Shown here: piece by piece, positions 43,960 through 57,200 of the stretch
Layout: each line of letters opens with the position of its first letter
How positions within the stretch are numbered: position 1 is the stretch's first letter
DNA from: Tubulanus polymorphus
Lineage: Eukaryota; Animalia; Nemertea
Assembly: GCF_964204645.1 (NCBI RefSeq)
Contig: NC_134031.1
Location: 20,901,910-20,965,909, forward strand
Direction: 5' to 3'
DNA: 64,000 nucleotides
Made by a program: the position numbers and the translations under genes
Notes under the pieces: model-generated
What the model saw: only the letters and a program-made list of their open reading frames with translations
What the model was told of the DNA's origin: nothing
Databases searched by the model: none

Positions 43960-46900
43960 TAGTGGCGATGATTAGCGTCTTTCGCATCCTTTAATCTCAT
44001 GTGTTCATTAAGTTTATTAATGCAGCGAGCGCTTAACAATTCATGAATAATTGTTGAACGCTATTGTGTCCTACCTGGACACCTCCTCGTCTGCACGACA
44101 CCGTGAATTACACTGGAAATTAAAATAATTGTGCTGGGCAGCGATGAAATTACTGAACGTCAGCAGCATCAATTTTTGATCGACGTATTTTATTACATTA
44201 TGATTCGGAATTGAATTAGATGGCGAGTGAACTGCGGGCTCTGTGGGCTAACTTAATTACACCCCAGTGGAGTGTGTGTGAGATTGGTTGTCGTAGGTTA
44301 GTCGATCACGTATTCGTAAAGCGGTCTCTCTCAACACCCGCATTGTCAACTCCTTCGATTTCATATTTCAGACAGCATTATTACTGAAAAGCAAGTTTTC
44401 GCCCGGATTGATCGCACCGATTGCGCTGTTAGCTTAGATCTTATAGATCTGTGACGATGATCGATCAATTTCAATATATCATTTCAGTGTTCAACCACTT
44501 GGTCACGATCGCGCTATTCTCATCATCTTTAGAATTGAATTCCCGGACACGTTTTCCTGAAACTTTCTCCATCCAGTAACTATTAATACAATTTCCTCGT
44601 AGGTAGTGTCTTAACGATGAAAAAAAACGCATCATCCATTCCGAATGATTACCGCCTTGTCAGGAATTTGTCAACTTGTCGACAATGTCTCCTCGGATTA
44701 CCCCTCTTCCATCACAACTACGTCTACACACCTGACGTAATTGAGTTGAGAAAAAAAACACACAAAAGAACCATAAATTGAGAGGTTTTTCTTTAGTTCT
44801 ATTCGGTTTCACATATCTTACCTTCTCTGGGGTTTATAATGTTTATAATTTCGCTTGATGGTTAGGGGCCTGGACTCGTTCTAGAGTCCATGGTTGAATT
44901 CAAATTCAGACAAAATCCATCTATTGTAATGTTCGTTTCATAGCGCTGAGGATTTCCCCCCGTACCCAGCTACTGCTGCGATTGAGTACTATAATCGAAT
45001 TTTACCATTATATCAACGGGGATTTGATTTAATCAAAGCGTATTTTCTCGCCGCACACACAAAAAAAGATCTGAAATAGTAGCAGATTTACACGTGGTGC
45101 CTGATTAAACGATTGCGATGCGATAGATGGAGATAACACACAACACAGTTGTTCGGGTTGACACTCCCTTAAACCAACAAAAGTCTCTCCGAATGAGGGA
45201 TGAATTCTATGATTTTTGCGATTTTAAGTTCGTTGGGAAGTATTTCAGAAACTGGGAAAATATTAATCATTTTTAAGATCATTCCTTTGGTATCGGTAAA
45301 ACTCAACAAACAGGAACACCAGTGTTAGTTTCGTGTTTCAAGTTCGGAACAATGGTATCAGCAACACTGAACTCGACGTTCCTGCAACCAATAGATTTGA
45401 ATGAAATATTAAATTGGCATTTAGAAAAAAATAAAGAAGTCAATCCGTCATAAAGAATGTGCTTTCCGGTAATCTTACTGGTTCGGTAAAACTACAACAT
45501 CAAGCAGACGCTTCACGCACTAATTAAATAACCAAACTTGATTAACATCTTCGATTTCAGGGCCGTATCTTATCTATAGCGGAGGTCAGGGGATCGGTAG
45601 TTGCCCCCACCCCCAGAACTTTTGGAAAAGTACTATTTTTGCAAATGAAAATATTATTGTTATACCTGCTTCCGAAAATTCAAATGCTAGGATTTGAATA
45701 TTGACACAAAAGCTTGAAAATTAGATTTTATTCATAATCATGTATCGTTGAGCGATACAGTACGTACTTGCTAGACAGTGTTAGATCAAGGCGCACAGTA
45801 AACCCGACATGTTAAATAGTAATCACCATTTTTATATACGCACAAGTAATTTGATACATGAACCATCGGGAAGTTGTTCTGCGACGTTTCCTAGGTTTAT
45901 TAAGCTTTCCTTTCGAGTTTCTGGCCGCGTTTGCGCCGCACAATAGCGATATCATATTACCTATATCCGAAAATCTGTAACACGATAGATCCAGACGCAA
46001 GATTTGGATAATAGCGAAAACCTACAAAAATAACCGATTCATGTAGAAATAATAAGCACGAAGATCTTTCTTTCCTGTAGATGACTATTAGAATATAGTC
46101 GAATCGTTGAATAAACTACTCAAGCTCAAGGGAACATTTTCGGATATCATATCATTTTTTTGTTATTATCGTGAGACACATGAACAAAACTCTCAACCAC
46201 ACTATCATTAACTTCATTTATGTACATTCGCATTCGTAACATCGTGGTTTCATTTTCCAAACATTTTGCGTTGGCAATCACGTGAATATTGAGAATATCG
46301 TATGCTAAATAACGTGAATATCGGCTGTTACGTAATAAACCGTCTTTACTGTCTGAGTCTTTACTTGTCGATTGCCACCTAACGATTAACGTCACCAAAA
46401 CAAACTTTTTACCGATAAACAAATAAAATTGTCTGAAGAGACGCGATCAAACGGAGACGATTTGACCCTGATCAAACCAGAATCAAATTTGACCCGTGCC
46501 AGAGTCAAAAATGCTCGTGTGATCGCGCGGCTGTATAAATCGTAATGAAGATCACATCACAGAATATTCGGTTTTCTTTAAATGTACAATATTGATTGGA
46601 AAGTCGTTTCTCTTATAATATGATATTTCAAAATTCAATGTTTCTTGATGGCGACTTCAGTAAGAAAGATGTAGCTTAAAAAGTGCCAACAATGATAGGT
46701 TAAAACGTGTTGATATATTCCTGTGCAGGAGGAATGTGATGAGATGTAATTGCGATGATACTACGTGACAATCGACTGATCTAAAAATCCGTCTGACGTC
46801 TTAATGATCCCTTCCCAAATTATATACAACCCATCTAAAATTCAAACGTTACACGGTAAATCATCGAGAAGCTACATGCCTGGTAATCCAAACAAAAAAT

Positions 46901-47114
46901 GAGCTTTCGGCTAAAAAAGGACGTAAGGCAGCCATTGAAACTTGTATCACAAAACTCTCAAGTGAATAAGGCCATCCCCGAAGATATGCCTAATATTTCC
47001 CCGTATCTAATGTGAAAATAACTTAAAAACATGCAGCTCATAATTCGTCGCGCAGAATTTTTTAGGTCTATTCAGGCGAATAGACATTTTATTTGCTAGA
47101 GAATAATTCAATAT

Positions 47115-47394
47115 GGGATGTGAACCCCATCGCCGTCTCACTCCGGGGATGTGAACCCCATCGCCGTCTCACTCCGGGGATGTGAACCCCATCGCCGTCT
47201 CACTCCGGGGATGTGAACCCCATCGCCATCTCACTCCGGGGATGTGAACCCCATCGCCGTCTCACTCCGGGGATGTGAACCCCATCGCCGTCTCACTCCG
47301 GGGATGTGAACCCCATCGCCATCTCACTCCGGGGATGTGAACCCCACCGCCGTCTCACTCCGGGGGATGTGAACCCCATCGCCGTCTCACTCCG
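47115..47394. repeat. GC-rich 31-bp minisatellite x9
   Basis: Unit gggatgtgaaccccatcgccgtctcactccg in nearly identical head-to-tail copies with no spacers. Confidence 0.97.
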
Positions 47395-48893
47395 CAGTAA
47401 TCTGTTCTGCAATGAAAAACAATTCTGAGGCATTATACGTGATTCGCCTGAAAATTCCTTCTGTCGAAACCAAAAAAAGAAGCGCTGCTAATCCGATAAT
47501 TCATTCGTGTGCGTCAATGTTTATACTATGATGACCAACTGGAATGGCTCATCCGCCGTGGTGTGCGTGTGTCATTTACAGCAATGATCTTTAATCATTG
47601 TTCGATCGTATTACTCACAGTACTTAACGCCAGTGAAATGACTCGGTTTTCTTTTTTAGGACGGTCGTCGTCGTTCGATCATTATTGAAGAGGCTAGTCG
47701 AATGTAACCCGATATACAATCAGCTGACAAGGATAACCACGGTGGTGATACTGAGTCACGAAGCCGGCGCGACGACTGAGAGTCTCACATGTTGAGTGCT
47801 CACAATATATTACACTGTTGAGTCTTTCTAGAGGATCGTTGCATGACAAAAAGACAGCAAAATCGCATATGTCTTTTTATTAGATTATTTCTGCGAAGTC
47901 ACGTGGTTTATGCAATGCATTATAGGCTATACAAATCTAAAAGCGTAACATAAAAAACCGCTCTCGTGATTTGCGTATCTTCATCGAAAAAACAATGACC
48001 ATCAGAAAGTCCCGAGATAATAATCAGCGACATGGGGCTCATTTCTGTAATGAGGTAATCTCAGATTTCACGAATAATGACAATGAAAACGGATACTATT
48101 TTTTTTCATATCATTTCATATGCATATTTTTTAAAAGAATAATTTTTTCGAAGAGGATGAACTGTTAAACACGCCGGTGTTTTTTGTAATTAAAGTGCTG
48201 CCCTATTTCATCGGTTTAATGTTCTACCCACGTTAGAAAAAATTTGTAACGAATGCAATTTAATGAATATAATATCAGTCGAAATGGCCCCCGAGTTCTG
48301 CTTCAATGAGTTTTGACACTGATTCCCGGCGGTAAAACCATCCGCATAATCCCGTTTAATTTTTAAAAATATTCGTGTTTACTGAAATCGAAATGTTACC
48401 TCAATGTAAACAAGTTTCCAAGTAAAATCATGGTGAAACATATTAGTTTATCATTATAAGAAGCTCACATGATCTAGAAAATGTTTATTGAGATATTACT
48501 GAAATGCTCTACCGAAAGGAGTTGTGTAGCGGGAGTGGGTCCGCGCAGTCGGGTAGACTCTGATGACAGGAGCTCAAAACGGCATCAATATGGCCAGTAT
48601 TTACGCAGAACGAGGGTTATAAAATGCCAAACGGGATCGGGAAAACTTGCAATGTGCTTTGCGCAAATTCTATTCACTCCAGTAACATCAAAGAGAATTG
48701 TAAAAGAAAAATTCCCCTAAGAAAATGTCGCTATTTTTCGAAAGGGGCGAGAAAATAGATGCGCCATTCCTGTAGCTCCGAATCGCTCCTATTATATCAG
48801 ATCGTCTGCTGAGATGTGCGATAGAAGAACTAAAATTTCTTACTCGTGAAAGATCCCGGATTGCACCGTGCAAATAGCACATACATCCCTCGC

Positions 48894-49037
48894 AACACGA
48901 CGCAGTGAAACACGAACTCAAACATGTCTCGGAAACATTGTTCTCCGAAACCATGTTTCTCGTTTCTTGTAAACAGAGAAACTCGCGGAAACAATGTTTC
49001 GGTCTCCTGATGTTTCTGTGTTTCCCTGCGTCGTGTT
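48894..49037. mobile_element. Small foldback/MITE element, 144 bp
   Basis: 20-bp TIRs aacacgacgcagtgaaacac / gtgtttccctgcgtcgtgtt (19/20 match), plus an internal inverted pair gaaacattgtt / aacaatgtttc. Confidence 0.7.
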
Positions 49038-49984
49038 CGTCTTGTTTACTTCCCAGAGATTAAGCGATTATGTTTCGCATCTTTCGGCGAGACTAATGAT
49101 GTTTTTACCTGGTCGCAATTATATTTTTCCTCGCAAAATTGTCATAATAGGAAATGCAGTTAGTTTTTGCAACGTAGATTGCGGGTTAATGGTAGGCATA
49201 AATAGCCGTTTATTCAGTGGAATAAACCGTCCGCATACAGATTCAGGGTCCATTATCTACATCAGGATATAATGCCAATATACTTTATTCCTTTGTATAA
49301 GAAGCGGTATCATCCGCAATCCTTTACTATACGCATTGTTCATCTGGTCAATTCAAGGCAATTTATGGCTCCAAAAGCTCTTACCTTTATTGCTTTGTAA
49401 ATTAATTACGCGACGTCAAATTCTTTTTTTTACATCGAACTACATCGCGTACTGGCTCATCAGTCGCTTCGAGCTGTTTTATATCTGGGAAGGGCGATAT
49501 CCATGTACCCGCTACATCTGCAGTATACTTCTAATTAAGATGATGAGTTCAGAGCGAAGGCGATGGTTATTAGTGTCGCACTTATCGAGCCCTTTCCTTG
49601 TAAGACGACTCGTTCACCGCTTTTACATCAGCTTTTATAGTGTCAAGTGTCACTCGTGTCTAAAAGCTCGACTGTTACGACAACCAACTCCTTATGTTGA
49701 TATTTTATCCATGAAAAATGGAGGCAGTTTGCTTCGTGTATTAAGTTTCCATTGCACCCATCAAAGAGCCCAAATATCCAGTGAGTCTCGGTTTCTCGGC
49801 CTCGAGAATATTGTCCATAGTTATGCGGGCTCAGCCGTCTAGGTGTTATGCCTAAAATCTACGAGGAGAAAATGATGCCTTGTTTCTCAAACTCTTCGGG
49901 TCATTAAATCGGTTTCTTCGCCTTATTCGCCATTTATATTCGAGGCCCAAATGATTCAAAACGTACTATAGCTGTCGGGGGACA

Positions 49985-50310
49985 GTACTTATTTTCTTAT
50001 CTTAAGTTGGTGCTGCACCGTCCACGATAGCGATTGGCGCAGGGAAATCGGCGTGCGTTGTTGACGCTCTGCGGGTTTTTGCTGGGACGGATATGGTCGA
50101 TGTCGGCCTTTGTATTCCAGTCATTGACAGTTTTGGGGAAGAACGAGTTTCTATACTCTTCGGTCTTCGTGTGGATTGTCTGAAGATTGTTGGGATTATT
50201 AGACCGTGTTTCCTGGTTTGTTTGTCGCTATATTTCTCCTGTCAGGATTTTCTGCATGTAATTTATCCTTAGATCCATTCGTGGTTGTTAGTAGGTCCAA
50301 GAGGTCTTCA
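49985..50310 (-). mobile_element. 5'-truncated CR1/L2-type non-LTR retrotransposon 3' end
   Basis: The minus strand encodes RINYMQKILTGEI*...TRSNNPNNLQTIHTKTEEYRNSFFPKTVNDWN, the typical ORF2 C-terminal YxxSFFPxTxxxWN motif. A short 3' UTR and an (ATAAG/A)-type tail follow. Confidence 0.75.
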
Positions 50311-51234
50311 TGCTAGGATTGAGCTGCTCATTCAAAAGCATGAAACTGTGATTTTGGGAAAAAATCACCTCAAACCCACCCGACGCTCTTCGCGATGTCA
50401 AGGGCGCCATCTGTCCAAAGTCAGACATAAATAGATTGCCAAATGGAAAAAATGAACTAGCAAATAGACGTAGATACTTCAGACATCATTAATATACACT
50501 TCAGTATCTAGTTCCACAGTTGTGAATTAAGAGTTAACTCTAGTGTGAATGCATGAACGCAAACGATTGAGTCCATGGTTAAAATGAGTGTTCATTTTCG
50601 CCTTAACTCACACTGTGGAATCGGTCGCAGCTGTACAAAAACTTCGATAAGGGATCGAACAAGGTCAGGAGGGAAGTGGTCGCAAATACCTAAGTTGTAT
50701 TTTCAACTATTCAATGTTGGTTTAGAAGACTCTCCCTTACTCTGCTGTACCGGTCAACCGCACGAGTCGGTGAATCTTTGTGGCAATAGGTTCTTAAGCG
50801 AAGCGGCTCTGAGAAAGTCCGAAACAGAAAGTGAATCAACGCGAGATAATATGAGTTTTTAAGGGATAAAATAATAAATGTATTCAAGCATCCTCATATA
50901 CATGTGTACATACATCGCTATACAATCAGTTCTTGCATTATCAACTTTCATACACAACATTAACAAACATAAATTAAATATATACTCATTTAAACTCGCC
51001 CCTACACTACACAATAATAATATTCACTGATCAAACAATGCAGGTTTTATTAAAATCTCGTTTCATGGCTTCTTGACATGGCAGCTAGGTAAATACATTG
51101 CCACTTCTGATATAACGATTTATCGGTTATTACACATTGAGATTATCGTCCAAAATACGAAAAAAAATACTGCCCAATTGTCTAATAAATGATTTCCTTC
51201 TAACAAATAATACATATACAATGTATATGAAGTT

Positions 51235-54200
51235 CTATTGTACTTTACAATCCGGTTCAGTTTCTGTTTGCGGGTTCGTTCGTCTTCCACGTCTACCAGT
51301 TGATACATCAGGCGACCGTTTCAATCGACCGTGAGTTCGAACTCGACTCGCTTCCAGAATCGGTTTTTTCGGACTGTTCGTTATCGTAGACAGCGGCTGA
51401 AAGAGAATGAACCATACAACTTAAAAAATAAACAGTTTAAAAAAAACTTGTTTTCGCGACACGCGTTCAAGATCTGTTGGGATCTACGAAATTCATTTAG
51501 TTTATGAGTGAGCGATATATAATAGGCTTACATCTCTTTCCATGTAATAATCCGTAATAGAATCAGTACAAATTAAAAGTTGAGCCAAGTATTGAAATAA
51601 GACACATGAGATTTTAATCGGTTTTAAAAGTATTAGTCTCTCTTATGATTGAATCGGATTAAATCGGCTTTTGAGTAACGGAGGCTTGATTAGTTATTTA
51701 ATCTGCCTACGACGTGAATTGGAACTACAATACACAATGTCTAATCAAGGCAGGGCCCCCCTACATTGAAACTCTAACTACCATTGTTACCGAATCAACT
51801 GAACTGGTATTGTTTCAATTGGATACATTATAGAAATGTAAATAGCTCTTTCGGGCTTGTGTCGCAGGTTTACACAATATGTTGGGTTTGAAAGACGAAT
51901 AAACCTCAAATGTGGGCTGAATCAATGTGTAGCATCCGTTCATTACTTCCCCGGTTTAATTAAAAGGATTCACAACGACTAACCTTCACAGTTTCCGATG
52001 CTGATTGATCTTTAGTTTCCGTAATTGTACATAATGAGGGAGGTGTGGATGGTATCGTGTCCGATTGACGGGCGGTTGACGAACGAGTAATTCGAGATGA
52101 GTCCGGTTTATCGCACGTCGAAAACAACGAACGCTGCGACGTCTAAAATAAAATAGATACTCAATATATCGACGAGCTTAATTTACTGATCAATTTACAA
52201 TCGATGAAATAATCTGTTCGTGTTGTTAAGATTATTATAGAAAAATCCCACGCTTTAGAATAGAAAGTCTGAAATGTGTGCTTGAGCTGAAATTTATTTG
52301 ATGTTTCGACTTTATCCTAAAAATTCATTTCCAGGATTACCGGGGTTGTAACAAAATTATGAATGCCATCGGGAACAAAAATACCACCAGTAGGCCGGCC
52401 ATCTTGATTCTGATCCACAATAACAAAATGACTTCTGAAAATTGCTAAAATTCTCAAAAGGCGATGAATTTTAATGATAACGTACTTTAGTTGCGTTTGG
52501 CGGATCGGTTGAAGAATCGTCTGTCATTGTAGCAGATGGTTTTTTAGAACTTGAACGTAACGCCAGTCGAGAGGTAACAGTTGATCGTCGTATTATCCCC
52601 GGTGATGCCATCACTTTAGGTATATCTGAAAATCCTTACGACAGGAAAAAACAAATATTGAATTATTAACTCAACAAAGAGTACCTTTTTGAAACATTTT
52701 CCAAGCAAAAATCCCTGGTGCGTAAATTCGGAGCTCAGTTGATTGCATAAGGGGATCTAAATGTTTCAACGCACACTTCTCAAATTTGTCAAATCTTTTT
52801 CACATCATTTATTTTCCACAATTTTTAGCATCAATTTGAACCGTGCTGTTTTGACAGCACAGTGAAGACCAGTCTTAGCGCATGTTGGTTATGTAGTAAA
52901 ACTAAGACTAAGATTTAATAAACTTTCAGACTGTTCAAAGCCTTAATAAATCCTCCAATTTTTACCAGCAGCCTTTTTGAGAAGCCTATCAAAATTTTGG
53001 ACACCTAATCTACCCTTGTATGAGGAAAATGAATTTGTAAATACAATACCTTTGATAACAACATCGGGTAAACCTTCAGGTACGACATCCGGAGATTCAA
53101 TCTCTGATTTCAGTTTTTTCCGATCTTTACCGGGAGTGGCGTCTCTTGCACGTTTACTCGATGGGGGTAATGATGTCACAACTCCAGTATCAAGCTGCAA
53201 AAAGATTATCATATAATATCGATATAATCATATTCATTTGAAAATTTGTCGATATAAGATGAAACTGGCGACGGACGAGGGAATATTCATTCAAAGATCT
53301 ATCCTATAATTATCTAACTACTGGTATGTAATTGTACAGGAATCAGTATTACTGAGACTATTTTTACCTCTGGTATTTTTCTTGAACGAGTAAAATGTCT
53401 ACTACTCGTTGTAGGAAGCTCGGGTTCACTTTTCTCTGGAGCGGGACACAATGGTTTTGTAGGAGCCTTCCTCGTGGAGTTTGGTATCATCGGTTCACCA
53501 GCTTTAGCTCGATCCACCATCTTACCTGAGAAATGACAATCGAATTCAATAATGAAGTTTTTACTGTTAACTCAATCACAAAGATGTCTCTGTCAAATTG
53601 GCTATAAATTGTTAAATCAGAAATTCTGTGACACGATTAAAATATCGAAACTAAATCAAGAACTGCGATGGCTGCAAGTAGGAGATGAGGGAATGTAAAA
53701 TTTTGGACTTGTGGGCATCATTACATTTCTGGAAACATACCGAGACATTCTACTTTAAATTTCAGCGAGCGATTTTCTTCATCCGTATCATTGAATCGTT
53801 TTATCAGTTTGCAATATTTTTGTAAGTATTCTTCCGATTCTTTCGTCGCCTGCGCTAGTTTTGTTTTCAAATCGTCAATCGTCGATCCATCTTCAGTCGT
53901 CTGAAAGGAATAACAGACTTCGTCAAAAACATTCAAACACCCGACGACTAAACCGCTTCATAGCAAGTGTCGTCCTGAGAGAATCTTTAAATTTACAACA
54001 GATTAAATTCTATGCCTAATATCAGCAGCATAAAAAATTAATTAATGAATTTCACCAACCAGAAAGATTTTCTGATTTTGAGAAATATTCATATTCCAAT
54101 CAATGCCTTGATCAAAGATTAGAAATAAATGAAAAGTCATAATCGAATCTACATGTTTTAGTTTTAGTTGATTTACCTTCGAGTCATTCTGTTTTTGGTG

Positions 54201-57200
54201 TAGTTGTTTTTTAAGGGCACTGATTGCCTCAGTCGATTCAGTTAATTGTGTCTGCAGTTTCATCATCTCGTGTTCCATTTTCTTGGCATTGGTCATCGCG
54301 AAAGTCAATCGAGATTCCTTATGAGACAATTCTTCCTTCGTAGCCTTCAGAATCGTTTCTAGTTCAGATGCCTGTTTGAAATTCAATAGAAATTTTCCTT
54401 TACTCTTTTATAATAATCTATAAAATCTATTAGATGTTTCGATATTGCCTTTTCCTGGGCGCTGCCATTTTGGAAATGGCCCACATGAGTGGATATAATT
54501 TTGCTCAATGATTCATAGCAATGGCAATAAATACAAGACATCGAGATGAATCCAATACAGGGATGCAAGGACATTTCTAAAGAAAGAACATATGGCTTTC
54601 AAATAATGTCTAATGTTAACCCGCAATGGATGGCTTAATGAGGGTATTTCTAATGAATGATTGTGAAAATTTGTCAGTCCAATCAAACGACGTACCTTAT
54701 TCTTTTCCGTTTCTAGACATTGTGCAGTTTCTGTGAACGTCTCCAACTCATTTCGGGCTGTGTTTAAATCGGATCTCAGCGAATTTACTATCGCATCTTT
54801 TGCACCGATGTCGGATTTCAGATTATCGACGTTCACCTGGAGCTGATTGATTTCATTTTTTAGCCGTTTTTCAGATTCGTCTGCGCGTAGTTTCTCGTCT
54901 TTCAGTCGGTTCGTGGTCGCTGTCAACTCGTCAATTTCTGACTGCATGACTGATTGTACTTCCCGCAGTTCGTGGCATTCTGACTGAAGACCAGCCACCT
55001 GAAGTAAATAAGAACATCAGAAAATAAATTCAACTTCTAACAAATTGTTCAAATACTAGCCGCCTCCTCAGACAGTAATCTTTTTGGTTCATATTTTGAT
55101 TTCAAGAAAAAAAACTTTCAAAAGTACTTAGAAAATTATCATAAGCAGCGGAAGAATGGAAGTAAATATAGCACTCACCTGGTTAACAAATTGCTCATTT
55201 CTCTTGGTTGCAGTATTCAAATCTGCGTCAATTTGAATAACCTGACTAGTCAATTCCTTCTTTTCTTCAAGCAATTTTGCATTAGTCGTTTCAATGTCTT
55301 TAAGTTTTGTATTAGTAGAAGTGTTCTCGTTTAGCGATGCTTGCAAGTCTTCTCTGATGTTCTTTAATTCAGTTTGGAGTCCGGACAAGGTCGTTTCGAG
55401 TCCTGCTTTCTCAGTACTCGCCGTTCCGAGTTTATCTTCCATTTCGAGAAACTGGTTCAAAGCTTCTTTCGACTGTCGTTCTTCGAAGACTAATTTTTCT
55501 TCTGTACACTGCAAGCTTTTTCGCAGAACCTCCAATTCGTATTTCAGCCCTTGAATTTCATCATTTGCACAAGTTGATTCAGTCTTGACCTCCTTTAATC
55601 TCAGTTCAATTTCACATTTTTCAGATTCTAATTCCTGTATAATTTTCTCCAAGGCGCATTTATCTGTTGCCAGTTGCTGAATAGTAGATGCCTGCTCTTT
55701 GATAACCGCGCCGCTGTCTGTGTTATCTGAATTTATCAAAGCCACTTCACTCGATAAAGCTTCAACGCGTTCTTTAAGACTATCTTTTTCAGCCGTTATG
55801 CTTCGCATTTCTGCATCGACGTCACATTTCTCTTTCTTCAAAGCTTCCAATGCCGAGTCTTTCTCTTGAACAACATATTTCATTTCACTTATGATTGATC
55901 TTGTTTGGTTTAGTTCTGTTGACAAGGATTCTACTCGACTTTCTAAATCTATTTCAGCGTTTTTCAAGGTAGAAATTTCAGCCCGTAATGCTTTATTTTG
56001 CGACGTAGATTCTTCAACGAGTAACGTTTGAACCTTAATTTCATCTTCTAGATCTGATTGAACCGAGTTCACATATTGCATTTGTGTTTCCATAGTTGCA
56101 ATTTTCACTTCGAATGTATCCTTTTCGATTGTAAGCTCATCAATTTGACGTAATTTTTCAGTAATATCTCGATTTAAACCTTCATTGTTGTCCTTTTCTT
56201 TTCGTTGTTCGTCGATCAAATCTCTGATTTCGGCGTCTTTTGCCTCGATCAAGAGAACTTTTTCCGACATTTTATCTTTATACATTTGTTTATCCTTTTC
56301 ACACTTTGCGAGACATTTCTCTAAACTCTGACAACAGGTTCTTATTTCGCTAACTTCAGCCTCAACTATTGACAATTGTCGGACAACGTGGTCACGTTCT
56401 GCTTTTATCGTACTATTTTCTTGTTCAAGTGCGGTTAATTTTTCCTGTTCCAATTCAAGATTTGAAGATATCTGATCGCTTTCAGACAATTTATTCGTAA
56501 GCGTCACATTTTCAGCTTCAACGGATCGAAGTCTCTCTAGCAGTTCCATTTTCTCGGCTTCTAATTTGTTCTCAGTCTGTTTCGATTCCGCTAAATATGA
56601 TTCAATCTCATCGTTATTCCTTTCAAGTAGATCAATGTGTGACTGAACCTTCGACAGCGAATGCACCAATTCGTCTCTCTCCTGCCCAAGTTCCGTCAAA
56701 TTCAAATGTAATTTTTCGTTCTGTTCCCGTAGTTCAACTGACTGTTTTACATATTGTTCTTTTTCATCTAACTCCATTTTCACATTAGCAAGCGCCATTT
56801 CAAGCTCCTTTAATTTTGTGTCTCGTTCAATATTATGATCATCTGTATCTACTTTCAAGGAAAGCATATCATTGCGTAGTTCTTGACAACCATTTACTAA
56901 TGTATCATTTCTCGATTGTTCATTGGTCACTTGATTTTCGAGTTGCTGTATTTGAGTACGCAGATCACACATTTCTTGTGTTTGAGATTTCAATTTATTC
57001 TGACAATCCGTTAACTCGGCCTTGACGTGATCCATGTTTTCGATCATTTTTGCACAGTTGTCTCGATTAACCATCAAATCCGAGTAACTGCAAGTCTTTT
57101 CCTCGAGTTCTTTTTCCACTCTATTCGCTCGACCTAACAATTCACTATTTATGTCTTCAAGCGCTTTAATCTTCTCACTATAACTCACACAATCAGCCTC

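Noticed and set aside
47115-47394. Possible CRISPR array (also considered for the 57-bp and 39-bp arrays)
   Set aside because: Units are head-to-tail with no unique spacers, there are no cas genes, and the context is a spliced eukaryotic genome.
49336-49842. 168-aa + strand ORF
   Set aside because: Non-ATG start, no recognisable domain, and adjacent to TE debris.
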